57,271 nt of DNA from a virus, in the IMG/VR virus record IMGVR_UViG_3300045918_000348, positions 1-57,271 of that record; one strand, written 5' to 3'. Shown one piece after another: positions 7,053-16,190 of this stretch. The notes beneath the pieces were generated by a model that searched no databases, was not told where the DNA came from, and saw only the letters and a program-made list of their open reading frames with translations. Position 1 is the stretch's first letter. The number at the start of each line of letters is the position of its first letter. Made by a program: the position numbers and the translations under genes.

Positions 7053-8525
7053 ATGACCATAAAACCATCACTAACTCAATTTTGTCAATGGTATGTCTGG
7101 CTGCAAGATGAGGGCATATTTTACGATACCAGAATACACAGAGCTCGCTCTGAAACTCACATTATTAGTGAAATGCTCCAAATAGATTTTAACGGCAACG
7201 TTGCCGAAGTCATAAAGTCAATGAAAATGATGGGCACTAGTAGAGATAGTTTAAAAGATACCAAAAAACTAACAAAAAAACCAACAAAAGTGGACTTAAG
7301 TCGCCAACTTTACAATGAAGTTAAAAGTAGTTTGCCAGTGAGACTGCAAGTTATGCCCCCTGACTTACTTGTATATACTATCAATAAACAAAATGAAGTT
7401 TCCCTATTCTCAAAATTTGATAATCAGGTTTTAATTAAACTGCTATATGACCATCCAGAAGTGAACTCTATAATTAAAGTGGCACTAGAAAATTGTGACT
7501 TAGGGTCTAAGTTGGAGTACACCGATTACTTGCAACTATTAGCAAAACAAATTTCAGGTGACCATTCATTAAGTTTGCCTCGCAACATTCCATTAATAAG
7601 TTGGGACCCAAACATTGCAGCATATAAGTCTCTCGATGCTACGATTTTAAAAGATGGGCCCCATCCGACATGGGACCAATTTTTATCCCGCTTAGAGTAT
7701 CCAGAAACTTTTAAGGCTTATGTATGGTCTATATTTGACCCAAACAATTTTGGCCGTCAAGCTTTGTGGATACATGGTGAGGGTAATGATGGAAAAAGCA
7801 CAGTATTAAATACGTTAGCCGATTTTATGGGCCATGACCATGTTTTAGCCCTCTCAAAAGGTTCGTATGAAGGCGAATACTTTTTCGGGGCTGCTTTAGG
7901 GAAGCGTCTAGCCATCTACAATGACTGTAAAAACCCACACGTTATAAGGTCGGAGCGCATCAAAAGTTTACTAGGCGGCGACGTTGTTAGTGCAAACTCA
8001 AAATATATTCCAATTAAATCTGCAAAAGTTTACAGTAAGCTTTTATTTGGTGCAAACATGGTCCCGTCAATAAACTACAATGATAGAAGTGAACGCACAA
8101 GGCTACTACTCACTGCAGTAACGCCATATCCGAAAGCTACACAAGGAGATGCCAATTTTGGGCCCAATTTAAAAGCCGAGTTACCTCATTTTTTATTTTC
8201 CTGCAGGCAAACGTATGAAGTGGAATGCCCAACTGGTATGAACTTAAGAGTGCCACCAAAAATGGACGATACCATTAAGCAACTTTGTAATGCTTCTGAC
8301 AGTGACATAATTACAGACTTTATTAATAAGCACGTCGAAATGGGCTCAAAGTTTAAGGTTTCAAAAACAGACATGAGATATGCACTGAAAACATACTTAA
8401 GTGGGCAATTCATGACCAATAATCAAATGCAGTTTGCTGACCTAGACCTGCAGAAAACTCTACTTCAAATGGACATCATATTGGATGCTGGACACTATGT
8501 AGGATGCCAATTGAGACGTTTGTAG
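7053..8525 (+). CDS. SF3 helicase-like NTPase (P4/D5-type primase-helicase C-terminal domain)
   Basis: Walker A HGEGNDGKST, followed by KRLAIYNDC (Walker B-like). The layout is typical of D5/P4 family replicative NTPases. Confidence 0.65.
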   Translation: MTIKPSLTQFCQWYVWLQDEGIFYDTRIHRARSETHIISEMLQIDFNGNVAEVIKSMKMMGTSRDSLKDTKKLTKKPTKVDLSRQLYNEVKSSLPVRLQVMPPDLLVYTINKQNEVSLFSKFDNQVLIKLLYDHPEVNSIIKVALENCDLGSKLEYTDYLQLLAKQISGDHSLSLPRNIPLISWDPNIAAYKSLDATILKDGPHPTWDQFLSRLEYPETFKAYVWSIFDPNNFGRQALWIHGEGNDGKSTVLNTLADFMGHDHVLALSKGSYEGEYFFGAALGKRLAIYNDCKNPHVIRSERIKSLLGGDVVSANSKYIPIKSAKVYSKLLFGANMVPSINYNDRSERTRLLLTAVTPYPKATQGDANFGPNLKAELPHFLFSCRQTYEVECPTGMNLRVPPKMDDTIKQLCNASDSDIITDFINKHVEMGSKFKVSKTDMRYALKTYLSGQFMTNNQMQFADLDLQKTLLQMDIILDAGHYVGCQLRRL

Positions 8526-8537
8526 GTTGCCTTATTG

Positions 8538-8562
8538 CCAGTGGGCCCAAACTTTTTTTGGA
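8538..8562 (+). promoter_or_regulatory. CCAGTKGGCCC box (copy c)
   Basis: CCAGTGGGCCCAAACTTTTTTTGG, immediately after the helicase stop. Confidence 0.5.
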
Positions 8563-8570
8563 GGTTTACT

Positions 8571-8798
8571 TTGAAGTTTTTAATTTTCTTTATCTTAAAT
8601 AATATGGTATATGCTGATACATCATCAGCTACACTTCAACTTACATTTAATGTTCCTATTGTATGTATAATTAAAAACAGTAAGCCAAACTGCAACTTAA
8701 ATCTGCAACAATTGTCAACAACTAAGTGGATTGACTTAGATGGCCATTATGAAGTATACTTAATTAATAACCAATTAACTGTTATAACTTTGAACTAA
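8571..8798 (+). CDS. small secreted protein (TTG start, 75 aa)
   Basis: GGAGG SD 5 nt upstream of the TTG. Signal-like MKFLIFFILNNMVYA followed by DTSS. Confidence 0.5.
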   Translation: MKFLIFFILNNMVYADTSSATLQLTFNVPIVCIIKNSKPNCNLNLQQLSTTKWIDLDGHYEVYLINNQLTVITLN

Positions 8799-8813
8799 AC
8801 GGAAGGTTTATAA

Positions 8814-9011
8814 ATGAGAAGGCCGCAAAAACAAAAATGGTCGATGTCTGGGTCGTGGTCGGTGTCGGGGTCGGGGTCGTGGTCGGGGTCGAGGTCGGGG
8901 TCGTGGTCGAGGTCGTGGTCGGGGTCGAGGTCGAGGTCGGGGTCGTGGTCGTGGTCGGGGTCGGGGTCGTGGTCGGGGTCGTGGTCGGGGTCGAAGTCTA
9001 GGTCTACGTAA
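8814..9011 (+). CDS. (X-Ser)n dipeptide-repeat peptide 1 (65 aa; leader MRRPQKQKWS)
   Basis: Conserved GGAAGGTTTATAAATG SD-start and a 10-aa leader shared with two paralogs. Ser occupies every second residue from position 10 to 64; only the final residue (T or K) differs. Confidence 0.6.
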   Translation: MRRPQKQKWSMSGSWSVSGSGSWSGSRSGSWSRSWSGSRSRSGSWSWSGSGSWSGSWSGSKSRST

Positions 9012-9037
9012 CTTTGAACTAAACGGAAGGTTTACAA

Positions 9038-9244
9038 ATGATAATTCAACACGCAAACTTAACTGCAGACATTGCCACTGATATAAAAGGCCACTTTTAC
9101 ATGCGCCTTTTCAACGAACTTACAGGCGAAATAATTGAGTCTCAAGTAACATACGTATCAAAACAAGACATTTATAAATTATTATTGCCTTTTTTCAATT
9201 CCTATAGTAATATACTTATAAGTAATCAAACAATAAACAACTAA
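9038..9244 (+). CDS. hypothetical protein (68 aa)
   Basis: Uses the same junction and SD sequence (GGAAGGTTTACAAATG) as the repeat peptides. Confidence 0.55.
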   Translation: MIIQHANLTADIATDIKGHFYMRLFNELTGEIIESQVTYVSKQDIYKLLLPFFNSYSNILISNQTINN

Positions 9245-9260
9245 CAAAAGGAACATATAA

Positions 9261-9530
9261 ATGAAAAAATTAGTAAAAGTAGAAGAAGTTGCAGGAGAAG
9301 GTTTTATTGCTTTACTGGGTCAAACAGTAACTTTATTTTGTATGAATTATATTTATGCAGGAACTTTAGTTGGTGTTAATGATGAGTTTATTAAACTTGA
9401 AAATGGCCACATTGTATATGAGACTGGCTCGTTTACTGAAACTAAATTTAAAGATGCTCAGAAAGTATCAAGTGAACTTTATATTATTAAATCATCAGTT
9501 GAAAGTTTTGCAGTAACTAAACAATTATAG
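9261..9530 (+). CDS. hypothetical protein (89 aa)
   Basis: AAAGGAAC SD-like sequence upstream; ordinary composition. Confidence 0.6.
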   Translation: MKKLVKVEEVAGEGFIALLGQTVTLFCMNYIYAGTLVGVNDEFIKLENGHIVYETGSFTETKFKDAQKVSSELYIIKSSVESFAVTKQL

Positions 9531-9542
9531 GAAGGTTTATAA

Positions 9543-9740
9543 ATGAGAAGGCCGCAAAAACAAAAATGGTCGTGGTCGGGGTCGAGGTCGGGGTCGGGGT
9601 CGTGGTCGGGGTCGAGGTCGATGTCGAGGTCGGGGTCGATGTCGAGGTCGGGGTCGATATCGATGTCGGGGTCGATGTCGATGTCGATGTCGATGTCGGG
9701 GTCGGGGTCGATGTCGATGTCGAGGTCGTGGTCTAAGTAA
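9543..9740 (+). CDS. (X-Ser)n dipeptide-repeat peptide 2 (65 aa)
   Basis: Same SD and leader as peptide 1. X is drawn from W, G, R, M and I, and the C-terminal half is Met-rich. Confidence 0.6.
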   Translation: MRRPQKQKWSWSGSRSGSGSWSGSRSMSRSGSMSRSGSISMSGSMSMSMSMSGSGSMSMSRSWSK

Positions 9741-9766
9741 CTTTAAACTAAACGGAAGGTTTATAA

Positions 9767-10032
<266 letters not shown>

Positions 10033-10036
<4 letters not shown>

Positions 10037-10755
10037 AAACTTTAAAGTACATAATACTCATCCTAATATTAGTCCTAACAATGGTATACTGGCAAATTGC
10101 AGTCAATGCCGCGCCAATACCTGCAGCAAAGGGCCAACTTACAGTAGCCATACTAGATACAGGTCTAAATTTAAACTGGCATCAAGCAACTCATCTTTGC
10201 AAAACTGGACACCGAAACTTTACTAATGAAGGGTCACCACTCGACCCCACTGACAAAAATGAATATCGTCATGGTTCAAATATAACAGCCCTGATTGAGA
10301 GGGAGGCAAAAGATGCTAAATACTGTATCGTCATAGTTAAAGTTATAAGTTCAACCTCAACTGTCATTGACTATTTGCAAGGTTTACTATATACTTTAAA
10401 AATGAATCCAGATTTTATTAATATATCACTTAATGGTGAATATCCAAATCAAGTTGAGAAGTTGTTAATTAAAATGTTACTTAATAATGGTGTTAAAATA
10501 ATTGTAGCTGCAGGTAATGATTCGAGAGACCTTACGAAAAAATGTAAAGCGTTCCCTGCATGTTTAGATTCGCGTCTAGTTGTGGTCGGCAATAGAGATA
10601 ATTTAGATTCAAATCTAGGGGGACCCATAGACGTTCTTGAAAATGGTGTTAACCAATTAGGTGCTGGAGTAAGTTTGTCAGGGACGTCGCAGGCCACAGC
10701 AATACATACAGGAAAACTTATATTACAACAATGGTTGAAAGGTGGTAAAAAATGA
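10033..10755 (+). CDS. secreted subtilisin-like serine protease (peptidase S8)
   Basis: Signal peptide MKTLKYIILILILVLTMVYWQIAVNA. Catalytic motifs AILDTG (Asp), HGSNITA (His) and GTSQATA (Ser). The track ORF 9790..10755 extends upstream only because the hexamer array is open in every frame. Confidence 0.85.
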
Positions 10756-10806
10756 ATGACACAGACAAAGATAAAAAGCAGTTTGAATTTTTAGGGGAGT
10801 TGTAGG

Positions 10807-11187
10807 ATGAAGTATAAAACAAATGAAGATTTCAAATCATCTGAAACTTTTAATAATGATTTAAAAGAAATGAAAGTTAATGATTACGACAGGATGAAAT
10901 CAGAATACGACATTTTAAAAGCTGATATTGAGAAAATAAAACGTGGCTGTGCTGACGCTAATAAGCGAGTAGAAAGCGAGTTAGTATTAGCTTATGCTAA
11001 GATTGAGAAGTTAAAAGCCAAGCTAGCTATTGCGATTGAGGCGTTAGAAATGGCTATTGATTTACAAGACCATTATCATTCAGAAGATGAGCGCGGCTGG
11101 GAGTCAATGTGTATTGATTGTGAAAATAAACGCCAGCTAGAGAAGCATTTGGAGAAAATAAAAAGGGAGCCTAAAAGTGGCATCTAA
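10807..11187 (+). CDS. coiled-coil protein (126 aa)
   Basis: Heptad-rich, charged sequence. Confidence 0.6.
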   Translation: MKYKTNEDFKSSETFNNDLKEMKVNDYDRMKSEYDILKADIEKIKRGCADANKRVESELVLAYAKIEKLKAKLAIAIEALEMAIDLQDHYHSEDERGWESMCIDCENKRQLEKHLEKIKREPKSGI

Positions 11188-11274
11188 ATCAAACTGATTA
11201 CAAATATTTATAAAAGCATTTACTAAAAAGTATTCTAAATATATGTTGACTAATAATAAAAAGGGAGCTGAAAA

Positions 11275-11562
11275 ATGACAAATACTAAAACGAACATCAC
11301 AGTAGAAGTTGGTCAATTCTATATGCACAAAGCAGCAATGGACCTTTGCATTGAAGTAATAGCCCTTATCGGTGGAGAATTTGAAGATACGCAAGCAGTT
11401 CGTGCAGTATTTTGGAACTTAGGCTACAGTGGAAAACCTTGGCGGGTATCCACACAAGATGCTGTGCAATATTTTAAAATGTATTTGCCTGATTGGGTTC
11501 ACTTAGACTATGACTTGCTGGTGACTACTAGACACGTTTCTGGGCCACCAAAAGCGTTTTAA
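11275..11562 (+). CDS. hypothetical protein (95 aa)
   Basis: AAAGGGAG SD upstream. Confidence 0.6.
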   Translation: MTNTKTNITVEVGQFYMHKAAMDLCIEVIALIGGEFEDTQAVRAVFWNLGYSGKPWRVSTQDAVQYFKMYLPDWVHLDYDLLVTTRHVSGPPKAF

Positions 11563-11584
11563 GTTGCTTTTAAGTTACCTTTAT

Positions 11585-11608
11585 CCAGTGGGCCCTGAAA
11601 ATTTTTAG
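11585..11608 (+). promoter_or_regulatory. CCAGTKGGCCC box (copy d)
   Basis: CCAGTGGGCCCTGAAAATTTTTAG in an intergenic gap. Confidence 0.5.
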
Positions 11609-11620
11609 AAGGACTTTATC

Positions 11621-11809
11621 ATGTGGTATATAGAAAGACAAAGTGAAGTTAATCTAGTAGTGTATCGTGATTTTGGTGATGGTTCGGATGAACTTGGAGT
11701 ACTTACGTTTGAAAATGGCCGTTACTGGGTTAAAGTTGGTAATTGGGATTATCATTATACAATATTTGACACAGACTTTCCTTGGACTATTATAGGACCG
11801 TTGTGTTAG
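11621..11809 (+). CDS. hypothetical protein (62 aa)
   Basis: First ORF after box d. Confidence 0.5.
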   Translation: MWYIERQSEVNLVVYRDFGDGSDELGVLTFENGRYWVKVGNWDYHYTIFDTDFPWTIIGPLC

Positions 11810-12075
11810 AATTACTAGTTGCTTCAATATGCTTAAATGGTCCCTCATGCGATACTGCACTGCAGGCCTACTATGGGAGCCGTCCAGCGTTCCAAAAATT
11901 TGTTCAGTTGCAGCGAAATCAATTATCTCGTAAAGTGGGCGACCTAACATTGAACCTTGTACCTGCAGCTATAGCCTTACAAACTGGCAGGTCTTATCAA
12001 ATAAAAATAAATTCAAAATTTAGTTGCGGTCGTAGTATAGATGTGGTAAACTGCAAGTATACATGGAATTTTTAG
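11803..12075 (+). CDS. hypothetical protein (non-ATG start; GTG at 11803 or TTG at 11782)
   Basis: ORF without an internal Met. A minus-strand ORF of similar length overlaps it, so coding status is uncertain. Confidence 0.3.
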   Translation: MLELLVASICLNGPSCDTALQAYYGSRPAFQKFVQLQRNQLSRKVGDLTLNLVPAAIALQTGRSYQIKINSKFSCGRSIDVVNCKYTWNF

Positions 12076-12084
12076 GAGTTTAAA

Positions 12085-12240
12085 ATGTTTAGTGATGAGA
12101 ATCCAACAATAATTATATATTCTCTTATTAGTACGGCTATACTTTTAGGAGTATTATTCTTTGCTTTTATATTTATACCATATACTATATGGAGCGATTA
12201 CAAACAAACTAATACTTGCTTTACCTGCAATAAACAGTGA
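12085..12240 (+). CDS. putative 51-aa membrane peptide
   Basis: TAGGAG SD-like sequence upstream. Hydrophobic core IIIYSLISTAILLGVLFFAFIFI. Confidence 0.4.
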   Translation: MFSDENPTIIIYSLISTAILLGVLFFAFIFIPYTIWSDYKQTNTCFTCNKQ

Positions 12241-12267
12241 TTATAATAAATTAATAGGAGATTACAA

Positions 12268-12486
12268 ATGCCTAAAGCAACATTAACATTTAATCTACCA
12301 GATGAGAAACCTGAATTTGAGTATGCCCAAAAAGGTATTGATTACTCAATTGTACTTAGTGAAGTTCTTGAGTATATACGTAGACGTCTTAAATATGAGG
12401 AGCCAAATGAAGGTGAGACAAAAGAATTAGAAGCTATTAGAGAACTTATTTGTCAAGAAGCTACTGAACGTAAACTAGATATTTAA
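12268..12486 (+). CDS. hypothetical protein (72 aa)
   Basis: TAGGAG SD upstream. Confidence 0.6.
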   Translation: MPKATLTFNLPDEKPEFEYAQKGIDYSIVLSEVLEYIRRRLKYEEPNEGETKELEAIRELICQEATERKLDI

Positions 12487-12498
12487 AGGAGTCTCAAA

Positions 12499-12702
12499 AT
12501 GATACACCCATATGATAAGTTTTTACGCTTTGTAGATAAGTTGCGTATACGTGTAAAGTGGAATAAGCACCGAAAAAGTGATGCCGAAATGCTTATTAAA
12601 CTTTTAGATGAAATTGCAAAAGAAAATGCTTCCCCTCAGAAGGAAGTTAGTATACAATTAGAAGAGTCACTTAAACGAATAAAGGAGCAACAAAATGGGT
12701 AA
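12499..12702 (+). CDS. hypothetical protein (67 aa)
   Basis: AAGGAG SD upstream. Confidence 0.6.
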   Translation: MIHPYDKFLRFVDKLRIRVKWNKHRKSDAEMLIKLLDEIAKENASPQKEVSIQLEESLKRIKEQQNG

Positions 12703-13063
12703 TGGTAAAATTATTTTTCTAGCTGCAATAATTAGTTTATCTGCCTGTGCAAAAAGAGACGTTAGGTTTATTAATGGTGAAAAGGGTCGTCAGGGCCAGC
12801 AAGGTCAACAAGGTAATCAAGGCCAATCAGGTAATGATGGACAAAATGGGCAAGCTGGTTTAAATGGTCAAAGTTGTACCGTATCTGCTACTTCAAATGG
12901 AGCCCTTATAACTTGCCCAGACGGTTCAATGGTTGAAATTTTAAATGGCTCAAATGGCTCAAATGGCTCAAATGGCTCAAATGGCTCAAATGGCTCAAAT
13001 GGTCAAGATGGAACAAATGGACACTCTGAACAAGATGGACATTCAAATGAAGGTCACCAATGA
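12695..13063 (+). CDS. lipoprotein with a collagen-like G-X-Y tract and an (NGS)n repeat
   Basis: Lipobox-like IISLSAC. Tracts GEKGRQGQQGQQGNQGQSGNDGQNGQAGLNGQ and NGSNGSNGSNGSNGSNGSNG. Confidence 0.65.
   Translation: MGNGKIIFLAAIISLSACAKRDVRFINGEKGRQGQQGQQGNQGQSGNDGQNGQAGLNGQSCTVSATSNGALITCPDGSMVEILNGSNGSNGSNGSNGSNGSNGQDGTNGHSEQDGHSNEGHQ
12943..13005. repeat. 9-bp tandem repeat AAATGGCTC x6 plus one degenerate copy
   Basis: Direct reading; encodes the (NGS)n tract. Confidence 0.9.
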
Positions 13064-13263
13064 TTGTCTGGTGCACTATAATGGTTATGCTTAGTTATGA
13101 TGGCAAACTACACCAACATGAGACTGCAGCAAAAGGGGTCGTTATTTCCAGTGGGCCCGAAACTTTTTTGGTTAACTTTAAAAAGTATGCAGCCATACAT
13201 GAGTATGAAGGTGATTATAGCAAAGTTGAAGTTTTAAAAGATAAATGCACTACAGGAGAATAA
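13060..13263 (+). CDS. hypothetical ORF (67 aa), doubtful
   Basis: Contains regulatory box e in its interior, so part of it may be non-coding. Confidence 0.3.
   Translation: MIVWCTIMVMLSYDGKLHQHETAAKGVVISSGPETFLVNFKKYAAIHEYEGDYSKVEVLKDKCTTGE
13148..13171 (+). promoter_or_regulatory. CCAGTKGGCCC box (copy e)
   Basis: CCAGTGGGCCCGAAACTTTTTTGG. Confidence 0.45.
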
Positions 13264-13264
13264 T

Positions 13265-13537
13265 GTGGGAGATGTATTACCATTCATTTTAATTGCAATT
13301 GCAGGCTACATGGCCCTATTGTGGGTAGCCAAACAAGAAATCAATTTATCTGCAAACTTACTTAAATCAAGTCCACCATGTAAGATGCACCAATGGATGC
13401 TTTCAGATAGTGGTGGATGGTTACCTGAAGAAGCTACCGCAGAACGTCAACGTGCAGCTCGCCTTCGATGCTATCGCTGCAGATTATATCCTGACCAAAT
13501 TTCAACTGATACTGTTGACTATGACCAAGTAAAGTAA
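13265..13537 (+). CDS. membrane protein (GTG start, 90 aa)
   Basis: N-terminal TM segment LPFILIAIAGYMALLWV, with a GGAGAA SD-like sequence upstream. Confidence 0.5.
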   Translation: MGDVLPFILIAIAGYMALLWVAKQEINLSANLLKSSPPCKMHQWMLSDSGGWLPEEATAERQRAARLRCYRCRLYPDQISTDTVDYDQVK

Positions 13538-13549
13538 AGGAACCTAAAA

Positions 13550-13768
13550 ATGCTATGGAAATATGAAACCACAACTCAAAAACTAGAACGATTATCTATT
13601 TGGCATCCTTGGTTTGCTTGGTATCCAGTATGGTTTGATGGTAATGCTGCATGGTTAACTACAATAGAAAGGCACATAAAATATACATCTTATCCATATG
13701 AAGAAAAATTTTCTTGGTGGAACTATAGAATTATATCAAAGGAACTTAAAAGTGAACCCTCTCGATAA
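13550..13768 (+). CDS. hypothetical Trp-rich protein (72 aa)
   Basis: AAGGAAC SD-like sequence upstream. Confidence 0.55.
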   Translation: MLWKYETTTQKLERLSIWHPWFAWYPVWFDGNAAWLTTIERHIKYTSYPYEEKFSWWNYRIISKELKSEPSR

Positions 13769-13886
13769 ACTTGCATCACTATCACTTAAAATAATGTTAT
13801 TTATAATTGGTTACTTACTGTTCAGCCTAATATTCACACTTATATACATGATGGCATCAGAAATTTATACTGCATTTATAGGTTGA
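13752..13886 (+). CDS. putative small membrane protein (GTG start; the track ORF starts at 13698)
   Basis: Hydrophobic IMLFIIGYLLFSLIFTLIYMM. The start is uncertain. Confidence 0.3.
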   Translation: MNPLDKLASLSLKIMLFIIGYLLFSLIFTLIYMMASEIYTAFIG

Positions 13887-13930
13887 CAGTTGGCATACTT
13901 ATTGGTATACTAATTGATAGGAGCATAAAA

Positions 13931-14782
13931 ATGGTTCAAACAGAGACAGAGACAGAGCGATTTCTAGCAACAATATTTGATGAAGGCCAAACAACATGCT
14001 TTACAGCAACTCCATATGGCCACGCTGTATCAAACTTTCCGAAATCAAAAGACCTTTTCTACTGCATAAATGCGCTTCATCCTTATCAAGATTTAAACCC
14101 AAGTGCTGAATGGCATAGTCCAACTACACCGAGAAGGGCTGATATTAATGTTATCTGTTTTAGAAACTTTCTCATTGAACTTGACCATATGCCTTTAAAT
14201 CAGCAAGTGGAGTACGTAACATCCAAATTACCAGTAACCTCAATTATATACTCAGGTGGCTCCTCTTACCACTTCATTATATCACTTGTAACTCCACTTT
14301 TAAACTATACTGAGTATATGAATTGGTCAAAACGTATCCACTTAATGGTTCCTGAAGCTGATAAAGCAACTAAAAATCCTTCTCGACTTAGTCGCTTACC
14401 AGATGTTATACGTCCTGATACAGATAAGATGCAAACTTTACATTACTTAGGAAGTAGAATAGATAATTTAGAATTGGCTACGAAACTACCTACCCTTGAT
14501 ACTATTAGTTTTTCAGGACCAATGAAAGCGGCCCATGCTACGCCACTAATACTAGCTGCAGCTCATGAACCTCAACAGATAATGGTTGAGCGAGGCTTAA
14601 AAGGGCGTAATCAGTTTTTTTACTGGCTAGGCTGCAGGATGGCTGATAGTCAATTGGACCCTGAGAAAAGACTTTATTTTGCAAGTGAAGCTTATAAAAA
14701 TTTACCCGATGTATCAGGATTCTCATTTGAGGAGGCACTAATGGCTGCTCGTATTCCTGCAGGAAAGATGGTATCAAGATGA
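13931..14782 (+). CDS. putative AEP-like primase / prim-pol
   Basis: Motifs resemble those of archaeo-eukaryotic primases: FLIELDH (motif I-like), YSGGSSYHFII (motif II-like, SxxGxxxH) and PSRLSRLPD (motif III-like). The ATG at 13931 follows TAGGAG. Confidence 0.4.
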   Translation: MVQTETETERFLATIFDEGQTTCFTATPYGHAVSNFPKSKDLFYCINALHPYQDLNPSAEWHSPTTPRRADINVICFRNFLIELDHMPLNQQVEYVTSKLPVTSIIYSGGSSYHFIISLVTPLLNYTEYMNWSKRIHLMVPEADKATKNPSRLSRLPDVIRPDTDKMQTLHYLGSRIDNLELATKLPTLDTISFSGPMKAAHATPLILAAAHEPQQIMVERGLKGRNQFFYWLGCRMADSQLDPEKRLYFASEAYKNLPDVSGFSFEEALMAARIPAGKMVSR

Positions 14783-14934
14783 TTATATATACAGTGATAT
14801 GGCTACTTTTACTAATTGCAACATTAATATTTTCATGTCGCCGATTCGGTATTGTGGCAAATGAAACGATGTATATATGGTTAAATTTGCTTATACACCT
14901 ACCTATTTTTGGTCGCATATTTGGATGGTGGTAA
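14779..14934 (+). CDS. putative 51-aa membrane peptide
   Basis: ATGA overlap with the primase stop. Hydrophobic IIYTVIWLLLLIATLIF. Confidence 0.4.
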   Translation: MIIYTVIWLLLLIATLIFSCRRFGIVANETMYIWLNLLIHLPIFGRIFGWW

Positions 14935-14935
14935 T

Positions 14936-15154
14936 TTGAAAAAACCTAAAAATAAAAAGAAACCAAAAGTAGACCTTCCTCATTGGAATATTTGTGAAAA
15001 CTGTGCAAATGAACGTGGTGGGCAGATACCACCTAGAAGTTGCTGCACAGTTTCCGAAGGAACTTGCCTTTACTGCAATAAAGAAAATCAAACTTTAACC
15101 CCATTAACAGATTTTGTGTGGGCCAATGGAGAGGTAGAATACATATGGGACTAA
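14936..15154 (+). CDS. zinc-ribbon protein (about 72 aa; start uncertain)
   Basis: CxxC ... CxxC pairs (CENC ... CLYC). The track ORF begins at 14909. Confidence 0.5.
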   Translation: MKKPKNKKKPKVDLPHWNICENCANERGGQIPPRSCCTVSEGTCLYCNKENQTLTPLTDFVWANGEVEYIWD

Positions 15155-15939
15155 TTGAAGGTTTAAACAAGTGCTCAAATTCCGAATATCATGGTGATAA
15201 AATTTGGCTCTCCTCATCATCTTTTAAACTATTACTTAAAAATCCTACAGAATTTTATCAACAGAAAATATTAGGTATACGCCCAGAAGATGGCCCAAAT
15301 GCAGCCTTTGAAGAAGGTGGCCTAACTCATAGTTTAATACTTGAGCCCCACTTAGTGGATACCGAATATGCCTTTTGGGATGGTATGAGAAAAGTCGGCC
15401 CTGAATGGCAAGCTTTCTGCCTGCAGAACAAAGGTAAAGTTTGTCTAAGTAGTCCACAAAAGTCTCGCTGCCTTTCTTTTCTTAGAGCCTACCAAGGACG
15501 TAAGGAAGCTATAGAATTAATTAAAGGTGGAGAGTCTGAGTTTTCAGTGTGCCAAACTGTAAAAGATATTCAAATGAAAGTTCGTGCCGACTATATTAAT
15601 ATTGATAAAGGTTACATTGTGGACGTAAAAACAAGTGGTATGCCTGTCGATTTGGACTCTTTTAAAATGACCATAGACCAGTATAAATATGAACTCAGTG
15701 CGGCTATGTACTTAACTGTGGTTGAGCAGTTTTATGGAAAACCATTTGACTTTTACTTTATTGTGATAGGTAAAAAAGACCTTCTCTGTGAAGTATATAA
15801 AGTATCAAAATTTACTAGACTTGCAGGACAAAAACTTCTTGACAAAGCTATAGAAACATATAAAATGTGCTTAAGTACTGGTAAGTGGGTCAACTTAGAA
15901 GTTCCTGAAAAACTAAACTATAACATTTTGGAGGTCTAA
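15145..15939 (+). CDS. PD-(D/E)XK exonuclease, RecE/exonuclease VIII-like
   Basis: N-terminal SEYHGDKIWLSSSSFKLLLKNP, typical of that family. Core RADYINIDKGYIVDVKTS fits the D ... (D/E)xK signature. Confidence 0.6.
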   Translation: MGLIEGLNKCSNSEYHGDKIWLSSSSFKLLLKNPTEFYQQKILGIRPEDGPNAAFEEGGLTHSLILEPHLVDTEYAFWDGMRKVGPEWQAFCLQNKGKVCLSSPQKSRCLSFLRAYQGRKEAIELIKGGESEFSVCQTVKDIQMKVRADYINIDKGYIVDVKTSGMPVDLDSFKMTIDQYKYELSAAMYLTVVEQFYGKPFDFYFIVIGKKDLLCEVYKVSKFTRLAGQKLLDKAIETYKMCLSTGKWVNLEVPEKLNYNILEV

Positions 15940-15941
15940 TT

Positions 15942-16190
15942 GTGAAAGTATTAAGTGATATAAAAAGACTTACAGATATAAATACAGCTATAAAAAATTT
16001 ACAACATAAAAAAGAATTATTATTAGATGAATTAGCCTCTACTTATGTGAGTTCGGAGTTTAATAAACTGTCTACAATTGATAAAAAAGCAGTTCTTTCC
16101 GACCCAGATATTGATAACGGAATAATAAATTTTATGAAAGACCAATTAATAAAAACTCTTATAGATACTAAAACGGAGAATTTAAAATGA
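15942..16190 (+). CDS. hypothetical protein (GTG start, 82 aa)
   Basis: GGAGG SD upstream. Confidence 0.55.
   Translation: MKVLSDIKRLTDINTAIKNLQHKKELLLDELASTYVSSEFNKLSTIDKKAVLSDPDIDNGIINFMKDQLIKTLIDTKTENLK

Noticed and set aside
8808-9056. Antisense ORF encoding a perfect (Pro-Arg)n peptide (82 aa) across the first hexamer array. It is reminiscent of PR-rich antimicrobial peptides.
   Set aside because: It follows automatically from the hexamer: TCGNGG read backwards is CCN-CGA, which is Pro-Arg for any N. The ORF starts at a TTG with no SD. No equivalent antisense ORF is reported over arrays 2 and 3, where the antisense reading would mix His-Arg and Tyr-Arg units among the Pro-Arg units. 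The sense frame has a conserved SD, ATG, leader and stop in all three copies. I have kept it in mind only as an alternative reading.
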